A stretch of 64,000 nucleotides of DNA from Candidatus Fermentithermobacillaceae bacterium (GCA_012840345.1 DULO01000034.1:3013-67012); one strand, 5' to 3'. Shown: positions 40,572-50,381, counted from the first letter of the stretch. Notes: generated by a model not told the origin, from the sequence alone. Made by a program: numbers and translations.

Positions 40572-42109
40572 AACTGGAATACATCGTCGGTTTCGCGGTG
40601 GGAAGCCTGGTTTTTCTGTTTATCCGAGGCGTGAACACGCTTCCGGCGCTTCTCATGGGAGCCCTCTTGTACCTCTTGATGACCCAAAGCGGAGGTCTCC
40701 GGGACTTCGGCCGCAGGAAAGCGGGAGCGGTCGTGGGCGATCGTCCCGACGTTACCTTTCACGACGTAGGCGGACAAGCTGTCGCCAAGCGGGAACTCGT
40801 TGAGGCTTTGGAGTTCCTGAAAGACCTGGAACACGCCAAGGCGCTGGGGATCCGGCCCCTTAAGGGCATCTTGCTAAGCGGCCCTCCGGGGACAGGCAAG
40901 ACCCTCTTGGCCAAAGCCGCAGCCAACTATACGGACTCGGTGTTCCTGTCGGCTTCGGGCTCAGAGTTCATCGAGGTATACGCGGGTCTCGGAGCCCAGA
41001 GAGTCCGCGAGTTGTTTCAGCGGGCGCGCAAACTGGCCAGGGAAAAGAAGAAATCGGGCGCCATCATCTTCATTGACGAAATCGAGGTCCTGGCAGGCAA
41101 GCGCGGTTCCCAAGTGGGCCACCTGGAGTACGACCAGACTTTGAACCAGCTCTTGGTCGAGATGGACGGGCTCAGCTTAGATGACGACGTCAGGATCCTG
41201 GTGATAGGGGCCACCAACCGTCCCGACCTCCTGGACCCGGCCATCCAGCGTCCGGGAAGGTTCGACCGTATGGTCAGGGTAGACTTGCCCGATAAGGAAG
41301 GTCGCCTGGAGATCCTGAAAATGCACCTTCGCAACAAACCGCTGGACAAGTCGGTAGACTTGGAAGCGTTGGCTAAGGAGACATTCGGGCTTTCCGGAGC
41401 CCACCTGGAGAGCCTGTGCAACGAGGCGGCCATCTTGGCCCTTAGGAAACGGGCGAAAAAGGTAGGGGACGAAGAGCTCAGAGAGGCCCTGGACAAGGTG
41501 ATCATGGGAGAGAAACTGGACCGGAGGCCTTCGGAGACCGAATTGAGGCGGGTAGCGGTACACGAAGCGGGGCACGCTATCGTGGCAGAAAAAGTAAGGC
41601 CCGGTTCCGTGGCCCAAGTGACCGTGTCTCCCAGGGGCAACGCCCTCGGTTACGTGAGGCACTCTCCCCAGGATGACAGGTACATCTATCCGCGGGAGAC
41701 CCTTGAGGAGGAGATCGACATCCTCCTGGCGGGCGCCCTCGCGGAAGACGTGGTCCTGGGGTCGAGAAGCACGGGAGCTTCCAACGACTTTCAGAGGGCT
41801 TTGGACATGGCGAAACGCATCGTGTCCTACGGGATGTCGCCTCTGGGAGTGGTGGACCGAGACACCGCGGGTCCAGACCTTCTGGCCAAGGCTACCAGGG
41901 AAATCCTGAAAGCCGCGGAAGAAAGGACGCTTCCGCTCATAAGACGTTACGAGAATGTCCTCCGGCGAATAGCCGACGATCTGATGGTCAAGGAGACCAT
42001 CAGCGGAGACCAACTCAGGGAGCTCTTGGGGTCGGCCTCCAAAGTAGCCTGGAGGTGGCGTAAACTGCCCTCTAACAGAGGAAAAGTCAGGAGCCGGGTA
42101 GAAGCATAA
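40568..42109 (+). CDS. FtsH-family AAA+ zinc metalloprotease lacking the periplasmic domain (513 aa)
   Basis: Two N-terminal TM helices with no intervening domain. Walker A 'GPPGTGKT', Walker B 'IIFIDEIE', SRH 'TNRPDLLDPAIQRPGRFD', M41 'HEAGHAIV'. Confidence 0.7.
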   Translation: MKLEYIVGFAVGSLVFLFIRGVNTLPALLMGALLYLLMTQSGGLRDFGRRKAGAVVGDRPDVTFHDVGGQAVAKRELVEALEFLKDLEHAKALGIRPLKGILLSGPPGTGKTLLAKAAANYTDSVFLSASGSEFIEVYAGLGAQRVRELFQRARKLAREKKKSGAIIFIDEIEVLAGKRGSQVGHLEYDQTLNQLLVEMDGLSLDDDVRILVIGATNRPDLLDPAIQRPGRFDRMVRVDLPDKEGRLEILKMHLRNKPLDKSVDLEALAKETFGLSGAHLESLCNEAAILALRKRAKKVGDEELREALDKVIMGEKLDRRPSETELRRVAVHEAGHAIVAEKVRPGSVAQVTVSPRGNALGYVRHSPQDDRYIYPRETLEEEIDILLAGALAEDVVLGSRSTGASNDFQRALDMAKRIVSYGMSPLGVVDRDTAGPDLLAKATREILKAAEERTLPLIRRYENVLRRIADDLMVKETISGDQLRELLGSASKVAWRWRKLPSNRGKVRSRVEA

Positions 42110-42126
42110 CGCCCGGGGGTGTTAGG

Positions 42127-43389
42127 GTGCAGGCGGAAGTGTTATCGGTTGGCACCGAGTTGCTGCTGGGCGAGATTACTGATACCAACGCCCAGTACAT
42201 TTCAAGAAGACTAAGGGATGCCGGGGTGGACGTATACCGGCGGGTGACTATAGGAGATAATCCGGCGCGGCTCACAGCCTGTTTTAGAGAGGCTCTGGGG
42301 CGCGCCGACATTGTTATAGCCACCGGAGGTCTCGGCCCTACGGCCGACGATTTGACTGCCAAGTGCCTGGCCGAGGCCATGGGCAGGGAACTGGTGTTCA
42401 ACCAGGAAGCGTGGGAGATGACCGCTGACTGGTTCCGCAAGCGGGGACGCGAACCCCGCCAAACCGATCGCAAGCAGGCAATGATCATTGAGGGAGGACG
42501 GTTCCTGCCGAACTCAAACGGGACGGCTCCGGGACAGGCTATTTTCGCGGGCGGCAAACTGGCCGCCTTGCTGCCGGGACCGCCCCGGGAGATGGTGCCC
42601 ATGTTCGAGGATCACGTCGTGCCCCTGCTCAAAGAATCCTTTCCGGGGCTGGTACCGCTCACATGCAAGGATCTTCACGTAGTGGGCATAGGAGAGGGCC
42701 AAGTCCAGGAAATACTGGACGACCTCATGAAAAGCGCGAACCCAACTCTCGCTCCCTACGCGGGCTTAGCGGAAGTCAGGCTGCGAATAGCGGCCAGGGG
42801 ACACGACCCCGAGGAATCTCTGGCGATGGTGCGCTCCATGGAGCAAAAAGTGCGAGAGCGCATCGGCGACTACATCTACGGCACGACGGGGGATAGCCTT
42901 GAGGGAGTGTGCGCCGGTCTTCTGAAGAAGACGGGCCTAACTCTGGCGGTCGCCGAGTCGTGCACGGGCGGGCTCGTATGCAACCGGCTGACCGATGTTC
43001 CGGGAGTATCGGCCAGCCTTAGGATGGGGACGGTGGCCTACAGCCCCGCAGTGAAAGCTTCTGTGCTCGGGGTCCCCCAAGAAGCAGTGCGGCTGGATGA
43101 AGCCGTAAACCCCGATACGGCAAGAGCCATGGCCCAAAGCGTCCGCGCCCTCTCAGGCGCCAAGATCGGGCTGGCCACCACCGGTTTCGCGGGTCCCGGA
43201 GGCGGTACGGAAAACGCTCCGGTGGGCACGGTGTATATCGCTTTGGCTCACGCGGACGACGTCATTATAGAAAAGCACCAGCTGGCGGGAGCCAGGAAGA
43301 CAATAAAGGAGCGGGCTGCCCAAAACGCTTTGATCCTTCTCTGGAAGTTCCTAAAATCGCAAGCAGGTGGGCGTTCCCGTGGCAACTGA
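42127..43389 (+). CDS. cinA: Competence/damage-inducible protein CinA (NMN deamidase family)
   Basis: N-terminal MoCF-binding 'VLSVGTELLLGEITDTNAQYI'. C-terminal CinA domain. GTG start. Confidence 0.85.
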   Translation: MQAEVLSVGTELLLGEITDTNAQYISRRLRDAGVDVYRRVTIGDNPARLTACFREALGRADIVIATGGLGPTADDLTAKCLAEAMGRELVFNQEAWEMTADWFRKRGREPRQTDRKQAMIIEGGRFLPNSNGTAPGQAIFAGGKLAALLPGPPREMVPMFEDHVVPLLKESFPGLVPLTCKDLHVVGIGEGQVQEILDDLMKSANPTLAPYAGLAEVRLRIAARGHDPEESLAMVRSMEQKVRERIGDYIYGTTGDSLEGVCAGLLKKTGLTLAVAESCTGGLVCNRLTDVPGVSASLRMGTVAYSPAVKASVLGVPQEAVRLDEAVNPDTARAMAQSVRALSGAKIGLATTGFAGPGGGTENAPVGTVYIALAHADDVIIEKHQLAGARKTIKERAAQNALILLWKFLKSQAGGRSRGN

Positions 43390-43990
43390 AACCGGAAGCG
43401 GGCCTCTTAGGTGTTTTGTGGCGGTGGGGCTTCCCGCCGAGACAAAATCGTGGCTTTGGGGCATGACGTCAAAGATAAGGTCGGTTCATAGAGATCTCAA
43501 GTGGGTCGCCCCGGAAAACTACCACGTGACCCTCTTGTTCTTGGGCGATATTCAAAGGGAGGCTATTTCCGGCCTAAAGAAGCTGCTTAAACAGGCGGTC
43601 TCAGGGTTTGGCCCGTTCGAGGCGTCCATCGGGGCCCCCGGGTGCTTCCCCGCGAGAGGCGCCCCTAGAGTGCTTTACGCCGGTATAGACGCGGGGCGAA
43701 AGGAACTCGTCTCTTTGGCGGGAAGAGTCAGGGAGGCCTTGGCCGCGGCGGGTTTCTCCGATGACAAGCCCTTTCAGGCCCATGTGACTGTGGCAAGGTC
43801 CTCACGCCGGGCCGCCGCGTCTTCTCTTACGCCCTTCACCTGGACATCTTCTTTTGATGAGGAGTCCGGCGGCCGAAGAGATGCCGGCGACAGGCGGTTT
43901 GGAGTGGCCGAGGTCCTCTTGATGCGGAGCGTGCTTAGACCCGAAGGGCCGGTCTACTCGGTACTGGAACGCTTCACGCTGGGAGGCTAA
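43379..43990 (+). CDS. thpR: RNA 2',3'-cyclic phosphodiesterase (2H phosphoesterase, ThpR/LigT)
   Basis: Two H-x-T/S-x motifs, 'HVTLLFLG' and 'HVTVAR'. GTG 43379 follows 'aggtgg' and overlaps the cinA stop. Confidence 0.6.
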   Translation: MATETGSGPLRCFVAVGLPAETKSWLWGMTSKIRSVHRDLKWVAPENYHVTLLFLGDIQREAISGLKKLLKQAVSGFGPFEASIGAPGCFPARGAPRVLYAGIDAGRKELVSLAGRVREALAAAGFSDDKPFQAHVTVARSSRRAAASSLTPFTWTSSFDEESGGRRDAGDRRFGVAEVLLMRSVLRPEGPVYSVLERFTLGG

Positions 43991-43998
43991 CCCGTCGG

Positions 43999-44028
43999 TT
44001 GTGGCGTTTCTGGCTGAATGTTATACTC
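43999..44028 (+). promoter_or_regulatory. Putative sigma-A promoter upstream of recA
   Basis: 'TTGTGG', 18-nt spacer, 'TATACT'. About 55 nt upstream of recA ATG. No GAAC-N4-GTTC LexA box seen nearby. Confidence 0.3.
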
Positions 44029-44080
44029 TCACTAGGAAGGCGCTGCCAGGGTAGCGCGGCTATCTACGGAGGTAGAGCGA

Positions 44081-45118
44081 ATGCTGGAGAAAGAAAAAGC
44101 CCTCGAACTTGCCGTCGCTCAAATTGAGAAGCAGTTCGGGAAAGGCTCGATAATGCGTTGGGGAGAGGCCTCACAGAAGATGGCTGTAGAGGTAATCCCA
44201 ACCGGTGCCCTGGCACTGGACATCGCTTTGGGGGTAGGCGGACTGCCCCGCGGTAGGATCGTGGAGCTCTACGGGCCTGAGGGTTCGGGAAAGACCACCG
44301 TGGCCCTCCATATTATCGCGGAGGCTCAAAAACTGGGCGGAATCTCGGCTTATATCGATGCCGAGCACGCCCTGGATCCCACCTACGCCAGGAAAATCGG
44401 AGTGGATGTAGACAACCTCCTAATATCCCAGCCTGACACAGGAGAACAGGCGCTGGAGATAGTGGACGCCCTCATCAGAAGCGGCGCGGTTGACTGCATC
44501 GTGGTGGACTCGGTAGCGGCCTTGGCGCCTAGGGCCGAGATTGAAGGCGAAATGGGAGACTCCCACGTTGGTCTCCAGGCAAGGCTCATGTCTCAAGCCC
44601 TAAGGAAACTGACGGCGGTAATATCCAAGTCTAGGGCCACGGCCATTTTTATCAACCAGATCCGTGAGAAAATCGGGGTCATGTTCGGAAACCCCGAGAC
44701 TACTCCCGGTGGAAGGGCTCTTAAGTTCTACTCGTCGGTCCGGCTGGATGTCCGGAAGGTAGAGAACCTAAAGCAGGGGCAAGACACTATCGGGGCCCGG
44801 ACAAGGGTAAAGATAGTGAAAAACAAGCTCGCGCCCCCATTTAAGCAGGCGGAGTTTGACATCATCTACGGAGAGGGCATTTCCAAAGAAGCTTCTCTCC
44901 TGGATGTAGGCGTATCCCAGTCCATAGTCACCCGGACGGGCACTTGGTACTCGTTCGGAGATATCAGGTTGGGGCAGGGCAAGGAAGCGGCCCGGACGTT
45001 CCTGAAGGAGAACCCGCAGGTAGGCCGGGAAATTGAAGCCAAGATTAGGGCCTGTCTCGCGTCAGGAACCGTCAAAGCCGAAGGAGCGTCGGAACAAGTG
45101 GAGGGCGATGACGCCTAG
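44081..45118 (+). CDS. recA: Recombinase A
   Basis: 'GPEGSGKTT' Walker A. L1/L2 regions. Highly conserved RecA sequence throughout. Confidence 0.95.
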   Translation: MLEKEKALELAVAQIEKQFGKGSIMRWGEASQKMAVEVIPTGALALDIALGVGGLPRGRIVELYGPEGSGKTTVALHIIAEAQKLGGISAYIDAEHALDPTYARKIGVDVDNLLISQPDTGEQALEIVDALIRSGAVDCIVVDSVAALAPRAEIEGEMGDSHVGLQARLMSQALRKLTAVISKSRATAIFINQIREKIGVMFGNPETTPGGRALKFYSSVRLDVRKVENLKQGQDTIGARTRVKIVKNKLAPPFKQAEFDIIYGEGISKEASLLDVGVSQSIVTRTGTWYSFGDIRLGQGKEAARTFLKENPQVGREIEAKIRACLASGTVKAEGASEQVEGDDA

Positions 45119-45606
45119 TGGATAAGGTCGGCAAGAAGCCGGCCCGCCCGATGGATGTCGCGCTAAGGGCCCTCGCGAGACGCAGGATGACCTCTGGTCA
45201 GATGAGAAACCTGCTCCTTAAGAGAGGCTGTGGCCAAGAAGAGAGCGAACAGTGCATAGAGCAACTCTCGTCTTGGGGCTATCTTGACGATAGAGGTTAC
45301 GCCAAGGATTTGTTACGATTTATGTTGTCCGATTGTCCCGTCGGGAAACAGCGGGCAATCTACGACCTTGTGAAACGAGGTTTCGATAGGGACCTCGCGG
45401 AAGAAGCGGCGGCGGAGGCCTACGGGGATGTCTCCGAGGCTTACTTGGCCCGCAGGGCCGCTTCCAAGTACCTAAACGGCCGCAAGGCCGGATCGTTGAA
45501 AGACCGGGATCGAGAGCGACTCTTTAGGTGGCTCTGGCGCCGTGGCTTTGAGGCAGACGCCATATACGCGGCGTTGAGGGACGAAGACGAGCAGGCTCTC
45601 ACTTAG
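45118..45606 (+). CDS. recX: RecA regulator RecX
   Basis: About 160 aa, helical repeat protein directly after recA (start overlaps the recA stop). RecX-like 'YLDDRGYA' repeats. Confidence 0.7.
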   Translation: MDKVGKKPARPMDVALRALARRRMTSGQMRNLLLKRGCGQEESEQCIEQLSSWGYLDDRGYAKDLLRFMLSDCPVGKQRAIYDLVKRGFDRDLAEEAAAEAYGDVSEAYLARRAASKYLNGRKAGSLKDRDRERLFRWLWRRGFEADAIYAALRDEDEQALT

Positions 45607-45799
45607 ACAGCAAACGCGCTATTCTGGAGTACTGAAGATGACGCAATCGTATGACTGATATACTCGAGCTTGTTAGGAGAATATTGGCTTCGGGTCCGGG
45701 GGACCCCCGGGCGCGCGAGTATTGGTCGGGGGCCTGAAGACTCTTCTACATTTCAACACAGTGTGTCTCGGGCCGCTAACAGTCACTTCTGCCAGCATA

Positions 45800-45829
45800 G
45801 CCGGGCGTTGTCCGGCTTTTTGTCGTTTT
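45800..45829 (+). terminator. Short GC hairpin plus T-run immediately upstream of the rny RBS (attenuator/terminator-like)
   Basis: 'gccgggc gttg tccggc' followed by 'tttttgtcgtttt', ending about 5 nt before 'gaaggagg'. Confidence 0.35.
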
Positions 45830-45848
45830 CGAGAAGGAGGTGACCTTC

Positions 45849-47378
45849 ATGCATTGGGGAATCGCGGTTTTAACGGGAATCATCGGCCTGGCCTTTGGAT
45901 ACTTCCTGAGGCGGGCGTTGGGCGAAGCCAAGATCGGTTCGGCGGAAGCCGAAGCCAAGAGGATCCACGACGAAGCCATTAAGGCTGTGGAGACCAAGAA
46001 GCGGGAGATCTTGATCGAGGCCAGGGACGAAGCCCAAAAGATAAGGGATGAACTTGAGAAAGAGGTGCGCGAGCGCCGGCAGGAAGTCCAGCGCATGGAA
46101 CGCAGGCTTCTCAATAAGGAGGAGTCTTTAGACAGACGGCAAGAGATACTGAGTCAAAAAGAGGAGAACATCTCCAAGCAGGAAAGGGCTCTGGTGGAAC
46201 GGACCAAGGCACTGGAAGCCCTTCGGGAAGAAGCCATGAAGGAACTGGAGAAGATATCCCAGTTGACCAGGGACGAGGCCAAAGAGCGGATCCTCAACGA
46301 AGTGCGGGAGGCTCTAAAGGATGAGACCGCCCGCATGGTGCGGGACGCGGAGGCGGCCGCCAGGGAAGAAGCCGAAGCCAGGGCGAGAAGCATCATCAGC
46401 CTCGCCATACAGAAGTGCGCGGCCGACCACGTTGCCGAAAACACGGTTTCGGTGGTCGAGCTTCCCAACGACGAGATGAAGGGCCGCATAATTGGCCGGG
46501 AAGGCCGCAACATCCGAGCGTTGGAGACTCTCACCGGCATAGACCTGATCATAGACGACACTCCCGAAGCGGTTATCCTGTCAGGATTTGACCCGATTCG
46601 CAGGGAAGTCGCGAGACTGGCTCTTGAGCGTCTCGTCTCGGACGGACGGATTCATCCCGCCCGGATCGAGGAAATGGTGGAGAAAGCCCAAAAGGACGTT
46701 GACAACCTCATCAAGCAAGAAGGCGAACAGGCGGCTCTTAACCTGGGCGTGCACGGGCTCCATCCGGAACTCATCAAACTCTTGGGCCGGCTTAAGTTCC
46801 GTACCAGCTATGGGCAGAACGTGCTGAAGCATTCCGTTGAGGTGGCCCACTTGGCGGCGAGCATGGCCAGCGAGCTGGGCTGCGATGTGGCGGTCGCCCG
46901 CAGGGCGGGCCTCTTGCATGACATCGGCAAAGCCGTTGACCACGAAATGGAAGGTTCTCACGTCAGCATAGGCGTGAGCCTTTTGAAGAGGTACAGAGAA
47001 TCAAACGACGTCATCCGTGGTATGGAAGCCCATCACCAAGATGTTGAGCCGCAGACCGTGGAAGCCTTCCTGGTCGCCGCGGCCGACGCGATCTCCGCGG
47101 CAAGACCCGGGGCCCGCCGCGAAACGCTGGAAATGTACCTCAAGAGGCTGGAGAAGCTTGAAGATATCGCCAACTCCTTCGAGGGAGTTGAGAAATCCTA
47201 CGCCATCCAGGCCGGCCGCGAGATCCGGATCATGGTGAAACCGGACAGGATTGACGACCTGGGCGCGGTCAGGCTCGCCAGAGATATCGTCAAGAAGATC
47301 GAGAAGGAAATCGAATACCCGGGCCAGGTCAAAGTCACGGTAATCAGGGAGACCAGGGCCGTCGGTTACGCCAAGTAA
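45849..47378 (+). CDS. rny: Ribonuclease Y
   Basis: N-terminal TM, long coiled-coil, KH domain '[15 protein letters not shown]', HD domain 'LLHDIGK'. ATG 45849 follows 'aaggagg'. Confidence 0.9.
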   Translation: MHWGIAVLTGIIGLAFGYFLRRALGEAKIGSAEAEAKRIHDEAIKAVETKKREILIEARDEAQKIRDELEKEVRERRQEVQRMERRLLNKEESLDRRQEILSQKEENISKQERALVERTKALEALREEAMKELEKISQLTRDEAKERILNEVREALKDETARMVRDAEAAAREEAEARARSIISLAIQKCAADHVAENTVSVVELPNDEMKGRIIGREGRNIRALETLTGIDLIIDDTPEAVILSGFDPIRREVARLALERLVSDGRIHPARIEEMVEKAQKDVDNLIKQEGEQAALNLGVHGLHPELIKLLGRLKFRTSYGQNVLKHSVEVAHLAASMASELGCDVAVARRAGLLHDIGKAVDHEMEGSHVSIGVSLLKRYRESNDVIRGMEAHHQDVEPQTVEAFLVAAADAISAARPGARRETLEMYLKRLEKLEDIANSFEGVEKSYAIQAGREIRIMVKPDRIDDLGAVRLARDIVKKIEKEIEYPGQVKVTVIRETRAVGYAK

Positions 47379-47393
47379 TTCCGGGAGGGACAG

Positions 47394-47921
47394 ATGACGA
47401 GGACCGCAGGTTCTAGAAAACACGCGTCCAGAAAAGACGTTGAAGTCTTGGCCACGCTGCTGGTGGCCTATCCCCAGGTATCCCGGGCGACCTATGACCC
47501 GGACAAGAAGACCTTGGGCATGGCCTTCTTGTGCAGGGGTCCTCTAGGGAGATCCAAGAGGGAGAGCCTGACAAGGCTATACCTGGATTCGGTCGACGTG
47601 TACGGCTCTTTGACCGGACAGACGAGGAGCTATGCCAAGGCTTCGTGGGAGAGAATGGACAAGTTTCACGTGTTCTTGGTGGAAAGGGACGTATCGTCCC
47701 TTACTCCGGGGGAACTGAGCCTCACGGTTGACCTGGTATCCGATAGGGTGAAACTGGTCTTGGCAAGCGACAACGAGGACGGGCTCGACGACAGGGAGGA
47801 GTACTCGTGGTCGGCGAGGCTCTTCCTTCAGGAGATGCTGGACCAAGTCAGGACCCTGCAAAGCAGCACGAAGCTGGTAGCCCTTCGCGAGGGCGAAAGG
47901 GTCTTAGTTTTCGACAAGTGA
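47394..47921 (+). CDS. Hypothetical protein (175 aa) inserted between rny and ymdB
   Basis: ATG 5 nt after 'gggaggg'. No recognisable motifs. Confidence 0.45.
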   Translation: MTRTAGSRKHASRKDVEVLATLLVAYPQVSRATYDPDKKTLGMAFLCRGPLGRSKRESLTRLYLDSVDVYGSLTGQTRSYAKASWERMDKFHVFLVERDVSSLTPGELSLTVDLVSDRVKLVLASDNEDGLDDREEYSWSARLFLQEMLDQVRTLQSSTKLVALREGERVLVFDK

Positions 47922-47946
47922 CAGGATAGAGGGCAGGGAAGCTGAA

Positions 47947-48726
47947 ATGAACCTGATTTTTATAGGTGATATCTTCGGGTCGCCCGGAAGGGAGTTTCTG
48001 GCTGCTCACCTGCCCTCTCTCATTAAGCGTTACGAAGCCGACTTGGTCATAGCCAACGGAGAAAACGCAGCCGGGGGCGCGGGGCTTACCCCCGAAGTCG
48101 CCGAGGAGTTGTTCTCCGCGGGGGTAGACGTAATAACCTCGGGGAACCACATATGGAACAAGAAAGAGATATTCCCAACGCTGGATTCGGAACGGCGGAT
48201 ACTTCGGCCGGCGAATTACCCTCCTGGTGTCCCTGGGAAAGGATCGGGCCTGTTCCAAGCCAGGGATGGGAAAACCGTGGGAGTCCTCAATGTGTGCGGG
48301 CGGGTTTTCTCCCCGCAAAACCTGGACTGCCCGTTCAGGGTCATGGACACCGAAATTCTGAAGCTCCGCCAGACCACCCCCATCATCGTGGTGGATTTCC
48401 ACGCCGAGGCGACCTCTGAGAAAGTGGCTGCGGGGTATTACGTTGACGGCAGGGTCAGTGCCTTCTTAGGAACGCACACACATGTTCAAACGGCGGACGA
48501 ACGGATCTTGCCAAACGGCACAGCGTACATAACCGACGCCGGCATGACCGGAAGTTACGAAGGTGTGATAGGCGTCGACAAGGACATCATACTGAAACGC
48601 TTCCTCACACAACTCCCGGGAAGACATGAGCCGGCAAAAGGAAAGCGCCAGCTATGCGGCGTGTTCTGTGAGATTGCCGGGTCCGGATCCGCCCGTTCGA
48701 TCCAACGGATCACAATTCGAGAGTAA
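47947..48726 (+). CDS. ymdB: YmdB-family metallophosphoesterase (2',3'-cNMP phosphodiesterase)
   Basis: 'IFIGDIFGSPGR' and 'ANGENAAGGAG' calcineurin-like motifs. TIGR00282-type organisation downstream of rny. Confidence 0.85.
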   Translation: MNLIFIGDIFGSPGREFLAAHLPSLIKRYEADLVIANGENAAGGAGLTPEVAEELFSAGVDVITSGNHIWNKKEIFPTLDSERRILRPANYPPGVPGKGSGLFQARDGKTVGVLNVCGRVFSPQNLDCPFRVMDTEILKLRQTTPIIVVDFHAEATSEKVAAGYYVDGRVSAFLGTHTHVQTADERILPNGTAYITDAGMTGSYEGVIGVDKDIILKRFLTQLPGRHEPAKGKRQLCGVFCEIAGSGSARSIQRITIRE

Positions 48727-48851
48727 ACTCAGGACAGTCTTCTTCCATCGTCAAAATCTTCTTGCCAAACACCTACCATCGAATTAGAATGATTGTTGCG
48801 GTTGGCAATTACTAGTGGCTTCTTCGCTTCTGTCATGATGCAATCGGAGGG

Positions 48852-49160
48852 ATGATGGTGGGAGTAAGCAATCTGGACCGCCGTGAGACCAGTTCGGTAG
48901 AAGTCCTAAAAGTATCTTCACGCTCAAATCCCAACGCGGTAGCCGGAGCGCTGGCAGGCGTGATTAGGGAAAGAGGCTACGCCGAGATTCAAGGTATAGG
49001 AGCCGGAGCTGTCAACCAGGCCATCAAAGCTGTTGCCATCGCAAGAGGGTTCGTTGCCCCCGCCGGAATCGATCTGGTTTGCGTGCCTGCTTTTACCGAC
49101 ATACTCATTGATGGACAGGAGCGAACCGCGATCAAACTGATTGTGGGGCCAAGGGGATAG
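48852..49160 (+). CDS. spoVS: Stage V sporulation protein S
   Basis: 'VEVLKVSSRSNPNAVAGALAGVIRERGYAEIQGIGAGAVNQAIKAVAIARGF' is near-identical in pattern to Bacillus SpoVS. True start may be GTG 48858. Confidence 0.85.
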   Translation: MMVGVSNLDRRETSSVEVLKVSSRSNPNAVAGALAGVIRERGYAEIQGIGAGAVNQAIKAVAIARGFVAPAGIDLVCVPAFTDILIDGQERTAIKLIVGPRG

Positions 49161-49170
49161 CGCGACAATA

Positions 49171-50091
49171 ATGACCGGGAAAAAAGAGTTACCTCAAGCG
49201 GCATGTCCTGGCGCCCGCCAGGACAGCCACATTTATGGGCGTCTGGCAGATCTTCACGTCCACTCGACGGCATCAGACGGCGTCTTGTCGCCTTCGGAGC
49301 TAATCGCTTTGGCTTCCGAGAAGAGACTCAAGGCCATCGCCATTGCTGATCACGATACCACCTCAGGGGTAAGGTCTCTGCTCCGAAACTCTTTCGGGCC
49401 CAGAAGTCAACTCGACACCATAACCCGCGGGGGAGTTGAAGTTGTGCCGGCGGTTGAGATCAACAGCGACTGGGAGGGCAGGGAACTGCACATCCTCGGC
49501 TATTTCATCCCGCTGGAGCAAAGCCCTTTCCAGGAACTCCTAAGCCGCCTGCAGCGGAGCAGGGAAGGGCGCGTCGACAAGATGATCGCGAGGCTCAGCC
49601 AACTGGGGATGCCCGTAGACCGCGATAGAGTCCTTGAGTTTGCCAAGGGCGATTCGGTGGGACGGCCCCATATCGCCATGGCCATGGTCGAGAAGGGATA
49701 CGTGGGCACAGTCAAGGAAGCTTTCGACAAGTACATCGGGATAGGGAAGGCGGGGTACGTCGAAAGGGAACACCTAACTCCCCTCGCTTCGGTGAAAGCC
49801 ATATACGATTCCGGAGGAGTGGCGGTTTGGGCTCATCCTGGCACCGCTCGCGCTGACCATCTCTTGCCCGAACTCATTGGCATCGGGTTAAGAGGCATAG
49901 AGGTCTACCATCCTGAACACACGGACGAGGACCGGGCGCGCTACCTGGAGCTTGCCAGACGCTATGCCCTGTGCGTAACGGGCGGCTCGGATTACCACGG
50001 CCAGCCCGGGGGCGAAGGAGCGGGACTGGGCGATTTCGCCGTAGACTTTGGGACTGTCGACCTCCTAAGAAACCTGTCGACTCTGTCTTAG
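49171..50091 (+). CDS. PHP-domain metal-dependent phosphoesterase
   Basis: 'LHVHSTASDG' PHP motif I and further His/Asp motifs. ORF is open from 49141, overlapping spoVS. Confidence 0.7.
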   Translation: MTGKKELPQAACPGARQDSHIYGRLADLHVHSTASDGVLSPSELIALASEKRLKAIAIADHDTTSGVRSLLRNSFGPRSQLDTITRGGVEVVPAVEINSDWEGRELHILGYFIPLEQSPFQELLSRLQRSREGRVDKMIARLSQLGMPVDRDRVLEFAKGDSVGRPHIAMAMVEKGYVGTVKEAFDKYIGIGKAGYVEREHLTPLASVKAIYDSGGVAVWAHPGTARADHLLPELIGIGLRGIEVYHPEHTDEDRARYLELARRYALCVTGGSDYHGQPGGEGAGLGDFAVDFGTVDLLRNLSTLS

Positions 50092-50309
50092 GGCTCTTGA
50101 TGCCCTCCGAACTCGGGATCACTCATGTCGTTCTCAGGATCGGGTATCTCGTCGTTGTACTGCTTGGGATCTACTCTCAAGGGAAGCGCGATGTCGCGGC
50201 CGGGCTTTTTGCGTCCAACGCTTCCTCCGCCGCGCTTCTTGCCCCGCGGAATCGAGATCCGGAGAATGCCTTGGATGACCTTTTCGGGAGTATCGTCGAT
50301 ATCGAACAT
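50088..50309 (-). CDS. Small 73-aa protein with acidic termini and a Lys/Arg/Gly-rich core
   Basis: ATG with RBS 'gagggggc' 7 nt upstream on the minus strand. 'PRGKKRGGGSVGRKKPGR' core. No family recognised. Confidence 0.3.
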   Translation of the reverse strand: MFDIDDTPEKVIQGILRISIPRGKKRGGGSVGRKKPGRDIALPLRVDPKQYNDEIPDPENDMSDPEFGGHQEP

Positions 50310-50337
50310 ACTAGAGCCCCCTCATGCGCGGGAGTCC

Positions 50338-50368
50338 GGGGTGGCCGCTTAACCCGCGCGGCCACCCC
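50338..50368. terminator. GC-rich inverted repeat between convergent PHP and acetyl-CoA synthetase genes (possible terminator)
   Basis: 'ggggtggccgc ttaaccc gcgcggccacccc'. Weak U-tract on either strand. Confidence 0.35.
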
Positions 50369-50381
50369 TGTTAAGTCCAAC

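Noticed and set aside
43990-44081. LexA (Cheo) box upstream of recA
   Set aside because: Looked for GAAC-N4-GTTC / CGAACRNRYGTTCG and found no match in the 90-nt upstream region. Only a sigma-A-like promoter is visible.
48727-48851. Sigma-H promoter for spoVS
   Set aside because: A 'CGAATTAGAAT' element resembles a sigma-H -10, but no convincing -35 (RNAGGAWWW) sits at the correct spacing, so this is too weak to call.
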